This document shows, one piece after another, positions 52,850-64,000 of a stretch of 64,000 bases of DNA (its first letter is position 1; every line of letters starts with the position of its first letter). A program made the position numbers and the translations under genes. Below the pieces are notes generated by a model. That model was given only the letters and a program-made list of their open reading frames with translations, was not told the origin of the DNA and did not search any database. The stretch is from Octopus sinensis (Eukaryota): contig NW_021834223.1 in assembly GCF_006345805.1 (NCBI RefSeq), positions 1 through 64,000 of the forward strand, given 5' to 3'.

Positions 52850-53480
52850 CAGATTCTAGTTCAGTTTCTTCCAATTAAGTATTTGAGTACCTCAAGTACC
52901 ACTGACTGTTCGACTTACAGTAACATTCCGAAAGATTAAGGAGAATGATGATTTCCGGTTTCCTGTGCTGATCATTATATTTTGAATTTCTTAGGTCCTA
53001 GATGCGAAGTATGTGACCATTCCATGGACTGAACATTTGTTTCCAGATGATAAATGTACAAATCTTATTGACCTCTTGTTACCAGATAAAATATCTAAAA
53101 ACCGTCTTCATTTCTTTCAAACCTTTCTTACAGATCTCATCTGATTTCTACCATTCGGACTTTCAAATCGGGTTTCAACTACAGAAGTAGACTGTTTGTA
53201 CACACTTTACGATACTTAAAATCTTTTCAATATCTTCAACGATGCATTGACAACAGTCTAGTTGTTGGGCTTAATCATTGATTGAAACTAGTCCGTATGC
53301 ACGAAACAATTCTGCACTCGTTATTGGTTCGTGTCATTGGTCTCAGTTGATGGTTTCCCACTGCTTGGTTTGTTCATAATGTTGTTTTCCCTTACGTTAA
53401 CTTCTCATTGCTCTTATCAATGGTGTCATCTCTGTAAACAGAGCCTTCAGTAGATTCCGGAGAGATGGCACCATTCCTTC
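52850..53480 (-). mobile_element. Possible highly decayed RTE-like RT fragment
   Basis: GMVPSLRNLLKALF...PITSAELF loosely follows the RTE MGVP..LI.LI..LY...GVRQG.LSP.LF pattern. Confidence 0.35.
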
Positions 53481-54010
53481 GTCAACAACTCGACGACCGT
53501 CCGTTTGTTTTTCTTCTTCGAATACATAATATACCCGCAAAAGAACGATATAAAACCATACAGAAGAATTACACTATAGGAAGAGTTCCTCAGACAAAAA
53601 GTGTGGATTGAACGACCCGTGCCAATTAATAAAAACATTATGCCCAGTTTTGCTTTCGTATTTATCAGTCATCATGAGTCGTATAGCTGTTACTACAGCG
53701 ATCATATCACTAACAGACTGAAAATATATAATATAGGTTGTTTTGAGACAAGATTGTAAATTCCACAGTATTTAATGAATTATTATGCACTAAGAAAATA
53801 GTTGAAAAAGGAAAGAGAATTCCATGGAGACATTATCTACACGGTAAAAAAAAAAACCCACTAATACGGAAGGCTACGTTACTTAATGTCGTAGACTAGA
53901 CAAATATTTAATGAATTACCATTACACAAGTAATGAACATATAAGAATCATTACCTTGAACGATTAAGGATATTGTTATGAATAGAATATTATTTCCGAA
54001 TTCAAAACGA

Positions 54011-54041
<31 letters not shown>

Positions 54042-54218
54042 ATTTGGCTCAGAAGCAAATAGCAAGGCCATGTAGGGGGACATGGAGTTAAGTACAGGGT
54101 GGTGTTCATGTAAAGAATTCAGGCCACTTGAGTTCAAGGGAGGCTTTGAACAAAACGGTCGTCGGCATCTTCACCATCTCGTCTGGCAGCTTGTTCCACG
54201 GATCCGCAACCCGGACGG
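54011..54218 (-). mobile_element. 3' end of a second CR1 family with a (TAAC)n tail
   Basis: SVRVADPWNKLPDEMVKMPTTVLFKASLELKWPEFFT*. Confidence 0.85.
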
Positions 54219-54511
54219 ATTAGAAATAAAGTAGCGAGAAGTTCTTGTTCGGAAATTGGATCTCACTTTTGGAAAATTTATGATATCGCAATATATTATA
54301 ATCATCTCACTGCGAAATTAAAGTTCGCGGTTATTTAAGATTTAAAGATAAGTATCTTCCAAAAAAAAAAGAAAAGGAATAAACGAAAAGCGGATTTGGT
54401 ATTTTCTGCAAGTCACGTTGTATCAATTAACTTAACGTACCTTAACAGAAAATGATTTCAAACATCTTTAACTAAAGTTAAATTGGTATGTATAACTACT
54501 CTCCGAAGTTA

Positions 54512-54662
54512 ACGTTACTTAGCGGTTCGGCAAAAGTAACCGATAGAATAAGTACTGGGGCTTACAAAAGAATAAGTCCCGGGGTCGATTTGCTCGATTA
54601 AAGGCGGTGCTCCGGCATGGCCGCAGTCAAATGACTGAAGCAAGTAAAAGAGTAAAAGAGTA
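54512..54662 (+). mobile_element. SINE family B tail
   Basis: acttagcggttcggcaaaag...ggcggtgctccggcatggccgcagtc...aagagt. Confidence 0.9.
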
Positions 54663-55150
54663 GACGAATAAATTTTTCGCGGATGTAATTGCTTTCCGCA
54701 GTAAAGGGGTCATACGATTACCTAAGTTATGAATATGATTCCATAAAGTTTTATGCATACACATTTGATAATGGTGTATCTATCCATCAATCTATCTAGC
54801 TAGCTATATACAATTTAAAAATAGGATAAAATCTTTATAAGAAATTATCATGTAGTTAGCGTGAAAAACATCATAAAGGAAAAATTTATTATTTATTCCT
54901 TTTAAATATATTTATTTATATTAAGGGCATTACTATACATAAATGCCACACGCTAGGAGGGACTCTTAAAGTCAAAACTACCATAATAAACACATTGTAC
55001 CGTACGCGAGGGAATGCATCTCTCGAAGCGAGCCTTTTAAAAAGAGATTCAGCTGCAGATCATATGATTTCATTATTAGGGCACAAAATGCACTTTTTAA
55101 TCGTCAGTGCATGCATAATCATATATATATATATTATATATATATGTATC

Positions 55151-55238
<88 letters not shown>

Positions 55239-55338
55239 ATATATATATACACATATATATATTATATATATATATATGTTACAGAGATTCACTTGCATAG
55301 CAAATGAAATGATCTGAGATCGTGTGCTGAAACAAAAC

Positions 55339-55516
55339 TAATTGCAGCGTGGAAGACGTTTGTAAGCCATTCAAGAGCACACAAAAACCGTTACTTTTAC
55401 TTCAACACTTTTCGCTTTGAAACCGCGACCTGTTCACTGACAAAACTTCGACCTGTGAAAATAGCGGATTTTGTGTGTACTTGAATGGCTTGAAAATATC
55501 TTCCACGCTGCAATTA
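55339..55516. repeat. Foldback, ~55-bp arms
   Basis: taattgcagcgtggaaga..aagccattcaag / cttgaatggctt..tcttccacgctgcaatta. Confidence 0.9.
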
Positions 55517-55528
55517 TACATGTATATA

Positions 55529-55582
55529 TATAAATGAATGTAAGCATGAATATATACCTATATGAGTGTGTATGTGTATGAT

Positions 55583-55634
<52 letters not shown>

Positions 55635-55688
55635 ATTATACACATACACACTCATATATGTATATATACATGCTTACATTCATTTATA
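55529..55688. repeat. Inverted duplication centred on (TA)n
   Basis: tataaatgaatgtaagcatg..atatgagtgtgtatgtgtat and its reverse complement. Confidence 0.92.
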
Positions 55689-56547
55689 CCTACTTACCTA
55701 CCTACCTACCTACCTACCTACTCACAGACATTCATAGATATATACATACATACATACCTACATACAAATATACATACATACATGTGTGTGTGCGCGTGCG
55801 GGCGCGTACGTATATGCAGAAATCTACAGTAGGAAATCTATTGTTTGACTCTCGATGTGGAAAACCTGCTAAAGGTTATTTAGATTATAGAGATTATAAA
55901 GTTATTTAATATCTACAGAAGTTTGAAGCCCGAAGTTCTTCGATTTGTTTTGTCTTCACAAAAATTAATTGCTGAATTCATTTATCCTTTTCCCTTACCT
56001 ACTGCTCTAATTTTAATTAAGTAAATAAATTTTGTGGGGCGAATGGGTTCTGAAACTCACTATGGGAGCTCAGACTTAAATGTTTAGAAAAGAGACAATT
56101 TGTTGAGTTAATAACAATGTGGGTTTAGATCTGGAAACATACGCTACAGAGAGGGTATTAGATGATGACTGACCAGCGTCATGTGACAAGCAATGTCTGG
56201 AAGGATATGTCTGACAAGTAATATCTGACAAGCTATAGTCTGAAAGTAAAGCTTCGCCCATTCATTATAATTATTCTCATCAATCATAATTTAGTCAAAG
56301 ACACACCGGCAGGTATATTTATAGTAATGCTGCTGTTACTGCTATTATCAGTATTGGTTCAAATGCTGATGCAGCTAATGGTAATGATGTTGATGAAATG
56401 ATGGAAGATCACCCTTTCTAGGGAAGAGATTAGTCTGCTGAATTACTGATATTCGCTTTATTCATTTCTTATGAACTAAGTTTGCCCAAGTTGGGCTTCA
56501 TCTCCGAACGGGGAATATATAAATAATTTGCGAAAAGGCTGTCATAT

Positions 56548-56935
56548 ATATAAAGGCGCGGGTAAGGGTGTCTGGTGAGAAGCTCTCTCTCCCTAGCGAC
56601 ATTGTTCCAGATTCAGTCTCCCCGTCTAACACCTTGGGCAGATCCCTTCTACTATAGCCTCGGGTCAACCAAAACTTTCAGAGTGGATTTGGTAGAATCA
56701 AACTGAAGGATATCCGTCGCATAAGAGCATGTCTGTGTCTTCGTGTCTGTGTTTGATCCACACCAACGCTTGACAATCGGTGTTGGTTTGTTCAAACCTA
56801 CAGGTTCGGCCAAAGAGACCGATGGAGTAAGCGCCAGGCTTTAAAAAATATGAGCAGTGGGGTCGATTCATTCGACTAAAAATTTTTGAAGGCGATGCGC
56901 CAGTATGGCCGCAGTCTAATGACTGAAACAATAAT
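56548..56935 (+). mobile_element. Diverged SINE family B
   Basis: caccttgggcag..ctactatagcctcgggtc...ggcgatgcgccagtatggccgcagtc. Confidence 0.8.
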
Positions 56936-57568
56936 AGGTTAGTTAAAATTAATTAAAATATGTTTGACAAAATTTTTTGTCTGAACAGTAATTGCAGTGA
57001 ATTTATTTTTTAAAGTTGAAATACGTCACAAACATTTTAACTCACTACTGTTCGCTTATGCCTAACACTGACATATTTCTTCCGACCTGCCAGTCTTATA
57101 GCACCATATGAGTCAATGTTGTTGACTGTGTTTTAGCTAAAGTTACGGCTTTAAATCTGTCCAGAGTTACCGCTCTTCGGTATTTCCTATTGATAACGAC
57201 TAAAGAACTAGCAACACAGCGTCTGGGAATCTGAAAGTGGGCAGCACGTGACACATGTGACGTTTTTACACCTTTAACCATAAGAGAGTTTTCGTCTTCT
57301 TCATTGTAACTGCAGTGAATTTGCCTTTGTCACAAAAATATTTTAACTAACTTAAATTTCGCATATGTGTGTGTGTATGCGCGCGCTTGTGTATGTGTGT
57401 TTGAAAGTTTATGAGGATTAGATAATACAGTTTTTAAGTGTAAATGTAGTTTTAAAAAATATACTTTTAAAAACGTTATGAAATCGGGTATGAAGATGTT
57501 AGTAATCTTTTGGAGAAATAATTTTTTCTAGTGTATGACCGCTTTCGTTAAACCTTTTCAAACACACA

Positions 57569-57606
<38 letters not shown>

Positions 57607-57930
57607 GAGAACCTCTTCGGTCATAACTAATCATGGGATTGCACCTGGAAAGTTACTCTCCCAGGCACAAGTCTGGGTAAGGTTGTTTATGGAAGACCAG
57701 CAGTCGACCATGCATACCAACCTCCCCTCTCTACACCACTGATGCCTTCCAAGGGAAAGGCGAAAGCCGATACAGCTTGGCACAACTCATTTCTACAGTT
57801 GAGTGAATAGGAGCAATGTGAAGTAAAGTGTCTTGCTCAAGAACACAACACGTAGCCTGGTCCGGGATTCGAACTCACAACCTCACGATTGTAAGCTCTA
57901 CTCTCTTACCACTGATCTATGCGCCTTCAC
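57607..57930 (-). mobile_element. tRNA-derived SINE (head type 2 plus tail Y)
   Basis: The head matches the 22416-22742 head (gttgtgttcttgagcaagacacttta) but the tail differs. Confidence 0.85.
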
Positions 57931-57958
57931 ACACACAGACACACACAGACACATATAC

Positions 57959-58059
<101 letters not shown>

Positions 58060-58851
58060 CATGCTCACACTCGTGTGTGTCATAGACATGTCATGTATGT
58101 ATACATACAGAGCATGAGAGAGAGAGAGTGAGGGAGAACTGCTGCAGACACACCTATAGCCTTTCTATCAATCTTCCGTAGTATGTTTCCAATTCCTATA
58201 TTATTTGCATATAAAATTAATTCGTAATCTGGAAAATTTACAAAAAAATTGTATAGTGACTCAATCGAGTTGAAAACAGTATTTGTGGAAGGAAGGAACG
58301 TATGAAAAACAAAATCATATGATATATGCTCGTAAAGATATCTCTCAAAGTACCGCCAACTAGAAGAAATGTGATGGACACATATATCTAAGTCTGTTTT
58401 GTCTGTTACGGGAAAATGTTCTCCAGAATTAGGACTTGAAATTTCTGGTATATTTTCACCATTGATGTTTCTACAAAGGCTGTGCTTGCCACTCTTCAGA
58501 AAGGTTTTCTCACTAACGGTTGTCCATTCACGAGTCGTATGTCCTATTCTGGTAAAATTTATAGGTGATGCAGAAATAACTGAGGAGAAATACTATTTTA
58601 AGGCCTCTGTGTTTTGTCCACCACTCTGACACTTTTTGCCATAGTTAGTTACTATGCAGCGGAAAAACCACCCGTCTATCTTTACTGCTTGGGTATTGAA
58701 TGCCACCAATTAGAATATTGCTTATAACATTATTTGTCGTATTCACTTTGGGCTGACTAGAAAGTATAGAATGTAGAAGGCTGTGGGCGTGTGATAACAT
58801 TTCAGAAAACCAGAAGTGCAAGCTGGGTCTACGCTTGACAAAGGACCACAA

Positions 58852-59367
58852 TACCATAAATCCTCGAGTATAGTCCGCCCTTGAGTATAATACCCAGGGG
58901 ATTTTTAGGGGCTGTACCTCTGAAAATCCTAAACCTTGTGTATAATACGCACCCCTTCTCTAACTTGAGTCAAGGAGGTCTATATAACGTCCTTGTTTTG
59001 TAAAAATGTATACGGTAACACCCTCTATTGTTATTGCATATATAACATAATGCAAACGTGTAGCTCTTTTGTGCATTTTGTTTGCAGTAAATAAAAAAAA
59101 ATAACAGTAATAATTTTTAATATATGTTGCTTACTGCAATTTGTGGACGACTTTTTATGACTTCATTGCTTTCAAGCTTAGGTTAAGGTATTTTCGCGCT
59201 GGACATCACAAAATACGTCTGAGTAAACATTGCCGGACAGCAAATAGAGACTCGGACATTGCTTAGAAAATAATTTTAATTTTTAATCTCGTGTATAGTA
59301 CGCACGAGGGATTTTGACCTTTAAATTTTGGGGAAAAAATGTGGATTATACTCGAGGATTTACGGTG
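58852..59367. mobile_element. Non-autonomous Tc1/mariner-superfamily (Tc2/pogo-like) element
   Basis: TIRs taccataaatcctcgagtatagtccgc / gtggattatactcgaggatttacggtg; subterminal gtata(a/g)tacgcac repeats. Confidence 0.85.
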
Positions 59368-61524
59368 CTTTTATGAAAGTAATTTACCAGGTGTTTCAGC
59401 TACAGCATATGCTTGTGCATCAGGATCCTCTACATAGCCATGCAAATATTAGCTATAATAGCAGAAGAACAGCAAGAATAATGGTTATATTAATAAAGAA
59501 AATAATAGACCGATGTGTACCGATTGTATTGACGATTATATTTATCTAGAAGAGATGACATAGCATTATAAAGAATATATTCCTCACATATAATGTACAG
59601 CTAAATATATGACAACGGCAATATAATAGATAATGCCTTTTATAACACAAATGATGTGGTCTGTAATCAAGAAAAATGTAATTGAGGCAGTAAATATGAA
59701 GAACTACGTGAAAAGCTATAAACTTCACAGAATGATGTTACACTATACTAATGAAGCTAATTACAAAGTATGCTATGTGAGAAATACTAACACATCTAAA
59801 TACCCACAAGCTGACAAAAATAAAGGAAGCTTTAATGACAAGACTGTCTGACGCCGTGTACACGTCAATAACGCTGATAGGAGCCGCGGCAGCTGTCGTG
59901 TTCAGACCGAGTTCACCTCGCCCGACAGTGTTGTGGTCGCCATCAGATTCTACCGAGAGAGACGTATGGCGACCCAACAGCGTAGATTCTAAGAGTGTGT
60001 CAATCTGCTAGAAATAGCAACCAATCCTCCTTCAAATCATTTCTTACGCACTAATAAAACTTATTCAGAAAAATGTACCCTGAAGGCAATATGCCTTAAA
60101 GAAAGATGTATTGGTTGCAGCTTGAATACCTTTGCTCATTGCTTTCCCTAACCAGGGCCTGGATTACGAGAATAAACAATATGAACTAAAATATGATGGA
60201 TCATCACATGCGTTTTTGATTTTTAAAAAATAGTAGCTGAATTTCCCTCAAAATATTACATTCACAACTTTCAAATGTAGAAAATATAGGTAATGTGATC
60301 TTTGATGTACTATCTATCATGGATATAATATATACGACATGGTCATGGGTGGAACATTAACAATAAAATTTATCTGTCTAGTGTAGTACTAGACACCACT
60401 CTACAGTAAGAGCAAACAAGAATGGACAGTGGAATTAGTAGAACATGACCAAACTACAATCAAACTATGGTGAAATCAAACGAATGTTTTCCGCCATTCA
60501 AGACACAAAGCAAAAACATTGTGATTCATTATAACTGTCTAAAATCTAATCTTTTAATTACTTCACTTTACTCCTTCTTCTCTTGCATCATCTGCAGGGG
60601 TTGGCGATTATTGACTTCCTTGATAAGGCATGGAGGTTCATTGTGTTCTTTTCTTTGTTTTGGATTGTTTTTCTTGAGGTAAGACTCAACATAAATTTCC
60701 TTTTCTCCTCTCGTCGTCTGTCGGTTTATTTTCAGTTTCCTCTTTACACATAAAGCACGGGATTTTTTAAAGCATCACCAGGGGCACGGTTTCACGTGGA
60801 ATTAGGGTGTGCCCTCACATTAGTAGACCTCGATGAATAATATCACATGTCAATACATATGAAGTGCATAAATATCAAATAAAAACCAGTTTCCTGAAAC
60901 AACGGGCAATTTAATCCAGTTGAACGCCACTAGCAATGTCAAAGGGCACCGTCAGTGTTAGGTACAGTGACATTATTATACAAGTGTGCCGCAAGAAGTA
61001 TCTTGGTGAAGGGTGTTCTTTTTTTTTCCTTTGATATAGTAGAGCTTTAAAAAATCTACACTAACGCTAATGTTTCGAAAGCGTGCCATTTGTAATTGTA
61101 TTCCAAGCATGTATGATTCATCAAACAGTATATTTATCAATATATTTTTGTTTCCTTTTCCAAATTTTAAACCTTAAGATATAGTTTACTGTTTAAAATC
61201 TCCTATGCGAAAGTAATATATTTAGCTGAGCCCCAAGTTTGTAATGAAAGCAATAAGAATGAGAAACCTTACTTTTGGTTGAATTCTCTGTTCTTATCCA
61301 CGAAGTCTGGCGATAAATAAATGCACGGGGTCGCACATGATGTCCTTAGCTTCGCTGTGAACGTAGACATACGCTGGAATATATTTCTAAGGCCTTGGAT
61401 GAAAATTGGGCCAACGGATTCAGTTGTGAATTAAAATTTCATTTGGATTCAGTAATATCGATATAACAATGCACACAGAGGGTGGCAGGTTTCGTGTGCA
61501 AGTTATAGACAGACGTGCTACATA

Positions 61525-61748
61525 TACGGAGGTAAGGTGCTGAAAAGTTCCTGGCTTTTGGGTAAAAGAAAATACAGGAAGGACAGTTAATTATGATTCT
61601 ATTCAACGTGTTCGCCTCTCAGATTCACACATTTATTACAGCGCGTCTTCACTTTTTTCTGAGCCTTGTAAAATAACTCGGAAGATTGGGCCTCCAACCA
61701 GACCTTTCGTGACATCCTTAGAGCAAGGAACTTTTCAGCACCCCTCGT
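61525..61748 (-). mobile_element. Mariner-derived MITE, copy 2
   Basis: TIRs ggtgctgaaaagttcc / ggaacttttcagcacccctcgt. Confidence 0.85.
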
Positions 61749-61816
61749 TCATACACAGTATAATATTTATGTTTTAAAAATAAAATGCTTTTACGCTGAA
61801 GACAACAGCATTCTCT

Positions 61817-61895
<79 letters not shown>

Positions 61896-61903
61896 TAGTA
61901 GTG

Positions 61904-61936
<33 letters not shown>

Positions 61937-61958
61937 TAGTAGTAGTAGTAGTAGTAGT
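61817..61958. repeat. (TAG)n microsatellite
   Basis: Direct reading. Confidence 0.98.
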
Positions 61959-62127
61959 TAAATTAACATTTGGATACACACATGCTTCAACTACGGCTGA
62001 TTATCACTACAAAACATTCCTATTTCAAATGAGAAACTCTATGTATATCAAAAAAATATAATCCATTGACATTTAATGCAACAAAATTAACTGTTGTTGA
62101 CACCCCATACACACGCACATACACACA

Positions 62128-62158
<31 letters not shown>

Positions 62159-62159
62159 C

Positions 62160-62239
<80 letters not shown>

Positions 62240-63037
62240 CAATAAGCCAGATAAGGAAATTATATATAGTTATTCAACGTGCTATAAAGTGTTGTTATAC
62301 CGACATAAATTCATAATTCATCTTCGTTAAAAACTTCATATTAGATAACAATGTACTCCTGCTTTACTTGCAAATAAGAAAAGAACGGACATTTGAAAAG
62401 AACAGAACTTTGTTCAGAATGTAGTCAAATACTGTTGTCAAATGAGTTCAAATACTGTCCATGTCGATTTTTGTCTTTCATCCTTCGGGGTCGATGACAT
62501 ATGTACCAGTTGAGCATTGAGGTCAATGTAATCGACTAACCACTTCTCCCAATTCTCAAGTTTGAGCCGACTATAGTAGAAAGGATCAATTTATTTATCC
62601 CTATTGCGGTGAGCAGGTAGAAGAGAAGCTAAACAATTTGATATTGATATAAAAATTTAGAATATTACTATGCAACTTGTATCATGTGTATAAGTTCAGA
62701 CATGTAAAATAATTTATTATACTTTGAAATAAAAATTATTATATGATGAAGGCTGCGAACTGGTCATCATACAACAGATATCAACTGATGAAATAAATTT
62801 ATTCATTTCTAATACCTTCTGAATCATTTTAAGCTTTGTATTCTCTACATGGAATACTTTCATTCATGGGATCTACTAGATCTCAGCTGTATAGGTCTTT
62901 ACAAAACACACCTTCGTATTGTTCTATTGAGCTATGTTGCTAAGTTCATTAGAGGAGCCTTTTTCTGATTGCCACAGGATTATAAACAAATTTTGTACGT
63001 TAAACTTATACATACATACATATATATATATATATAC

Positions 63038-63083
<46 letters not shown>

Positions 63084-63106
63084 TATATATACACACACAT
63101 ATATAT

Positions 63107-63137
<31 letters not shown>

Positions 63138-63250
63138 AACACACACATACACACACATCGATCATATTTATAGAAACAAGAGACGAAGACAGGTGGAGGA
63201 AAAACTAATAGGGCTGTTAATTTCACATTCGGGAAGAATGGAATGGTTTT

Positions 63251-63283
63251 TTTACATTTCGAGCCTAAGCTCTTCGACAGAAA
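63251..63283 (-). ncRNA. Minimal Penelope-type hammerhead-like motif (A6U variant)
   Basis: The minus strand reads ttt-CTGTCGA-A-GAGC-ttag-GCTC-GAA-ATGT-A-aaa. Confidence 0.4.
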
Positions 63284-63354
63284 GTATTAAAAGAAAAACA
63301 ACGGTGAGAGAGAGAGAAAACTGTGTAGAGAATAACTGTTCAACATAGATATAA

Positions 63355-63449
<95 letters not shown>

Positions 63450-64000
63450 TAGATACATACATACTTACATATTTTTCTTTTCTTTCTTATTCATTTTTAT
63501 TTTTATTAGAGAATAATTTTTATGTATTCAGAGCCTTAATTATTAACTGAGAATACAAGGAACGTTAAGAAAACGCGTCAGACTATTTTATGAAGAGAGG
63601 CGTGAAATTTATACTACCTAAGTTCTAAATCCAATGTGTATTAAATGCTGTTTATCTCTCACTGGATGAACTATTTTTCTCTGTTAATCCCACCAACAAC
63701 ATTACATTCGTAAAAATGCCTATAGAATAAGCAGTAGTCCTGGGGTCGATTCGTTCGATTAAAAACCCTTCAAGGCTCTGTGTGCGTGTGTGTGTGACGT
63801 AAATCTATATTTGTATACATAGAATTAGAAAGAAAATTTTATTTTTTGAATTCATTAAATTATTTTAGGCCTCACCCTCCGTCTTCTATGTTCCCTTTAA
63901 CCCTCATTCTGGTCTCACTATCTTCTTCTCCTTTTTGTCTTTAATTGCCTTATTCAACTAGAATGGGGAATTACATTTCTCCAGTTGTCCATTCTAGTTT

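Noticed and set aside
54011-54041. (TTAG)n as an interstitial telomere
   Set aside because: It is the (TAAC)n tail of a CR1 3' end, not TTAGGG.
57171-57230. 60-nt minus-strand candidate exon (also 26729-26796 on plus)
   Set aside because: Splice signals are only moderate, no homology was recognised, and such matches are expected by chance.

Overview
AT-rich eukaryotic DNA saturated with microsatellites and repeats. The SINE families and the (TA)n/(ATT)n/(GATA)n landscape fit a coleoid cephalopod, probably Octopus (my recognition, not a database hit). I found no confidently identifiable host protein-coding gene, and most ORF-track entries are microsatellite translations. The window holds decayed non-LTR retrotransposons (R4/Dong-like RLE, CR1-like, RTE-like), mariner remnants and MITEs, Helitrons, several tRNA-derived SINE families and many foldback structures. 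The strongest observations are: (1) a CR1-like LINE copy at ~22.8-23.3 kb with a bounded tract of heavy, strand-specific A-to-G substitution relative to two sister copies in the window, as expected for ADAR-hyper-edited RNA that was reverse-transcribed into the genome; (2) a hammerhead-ribozyme motif with an intact core at ~48.06-48.13 kb inside a palindrome, plus several Penelope-type minimal hammerhead-like motifs; (3) repeated inverted duplications, some centred on (TA)n.
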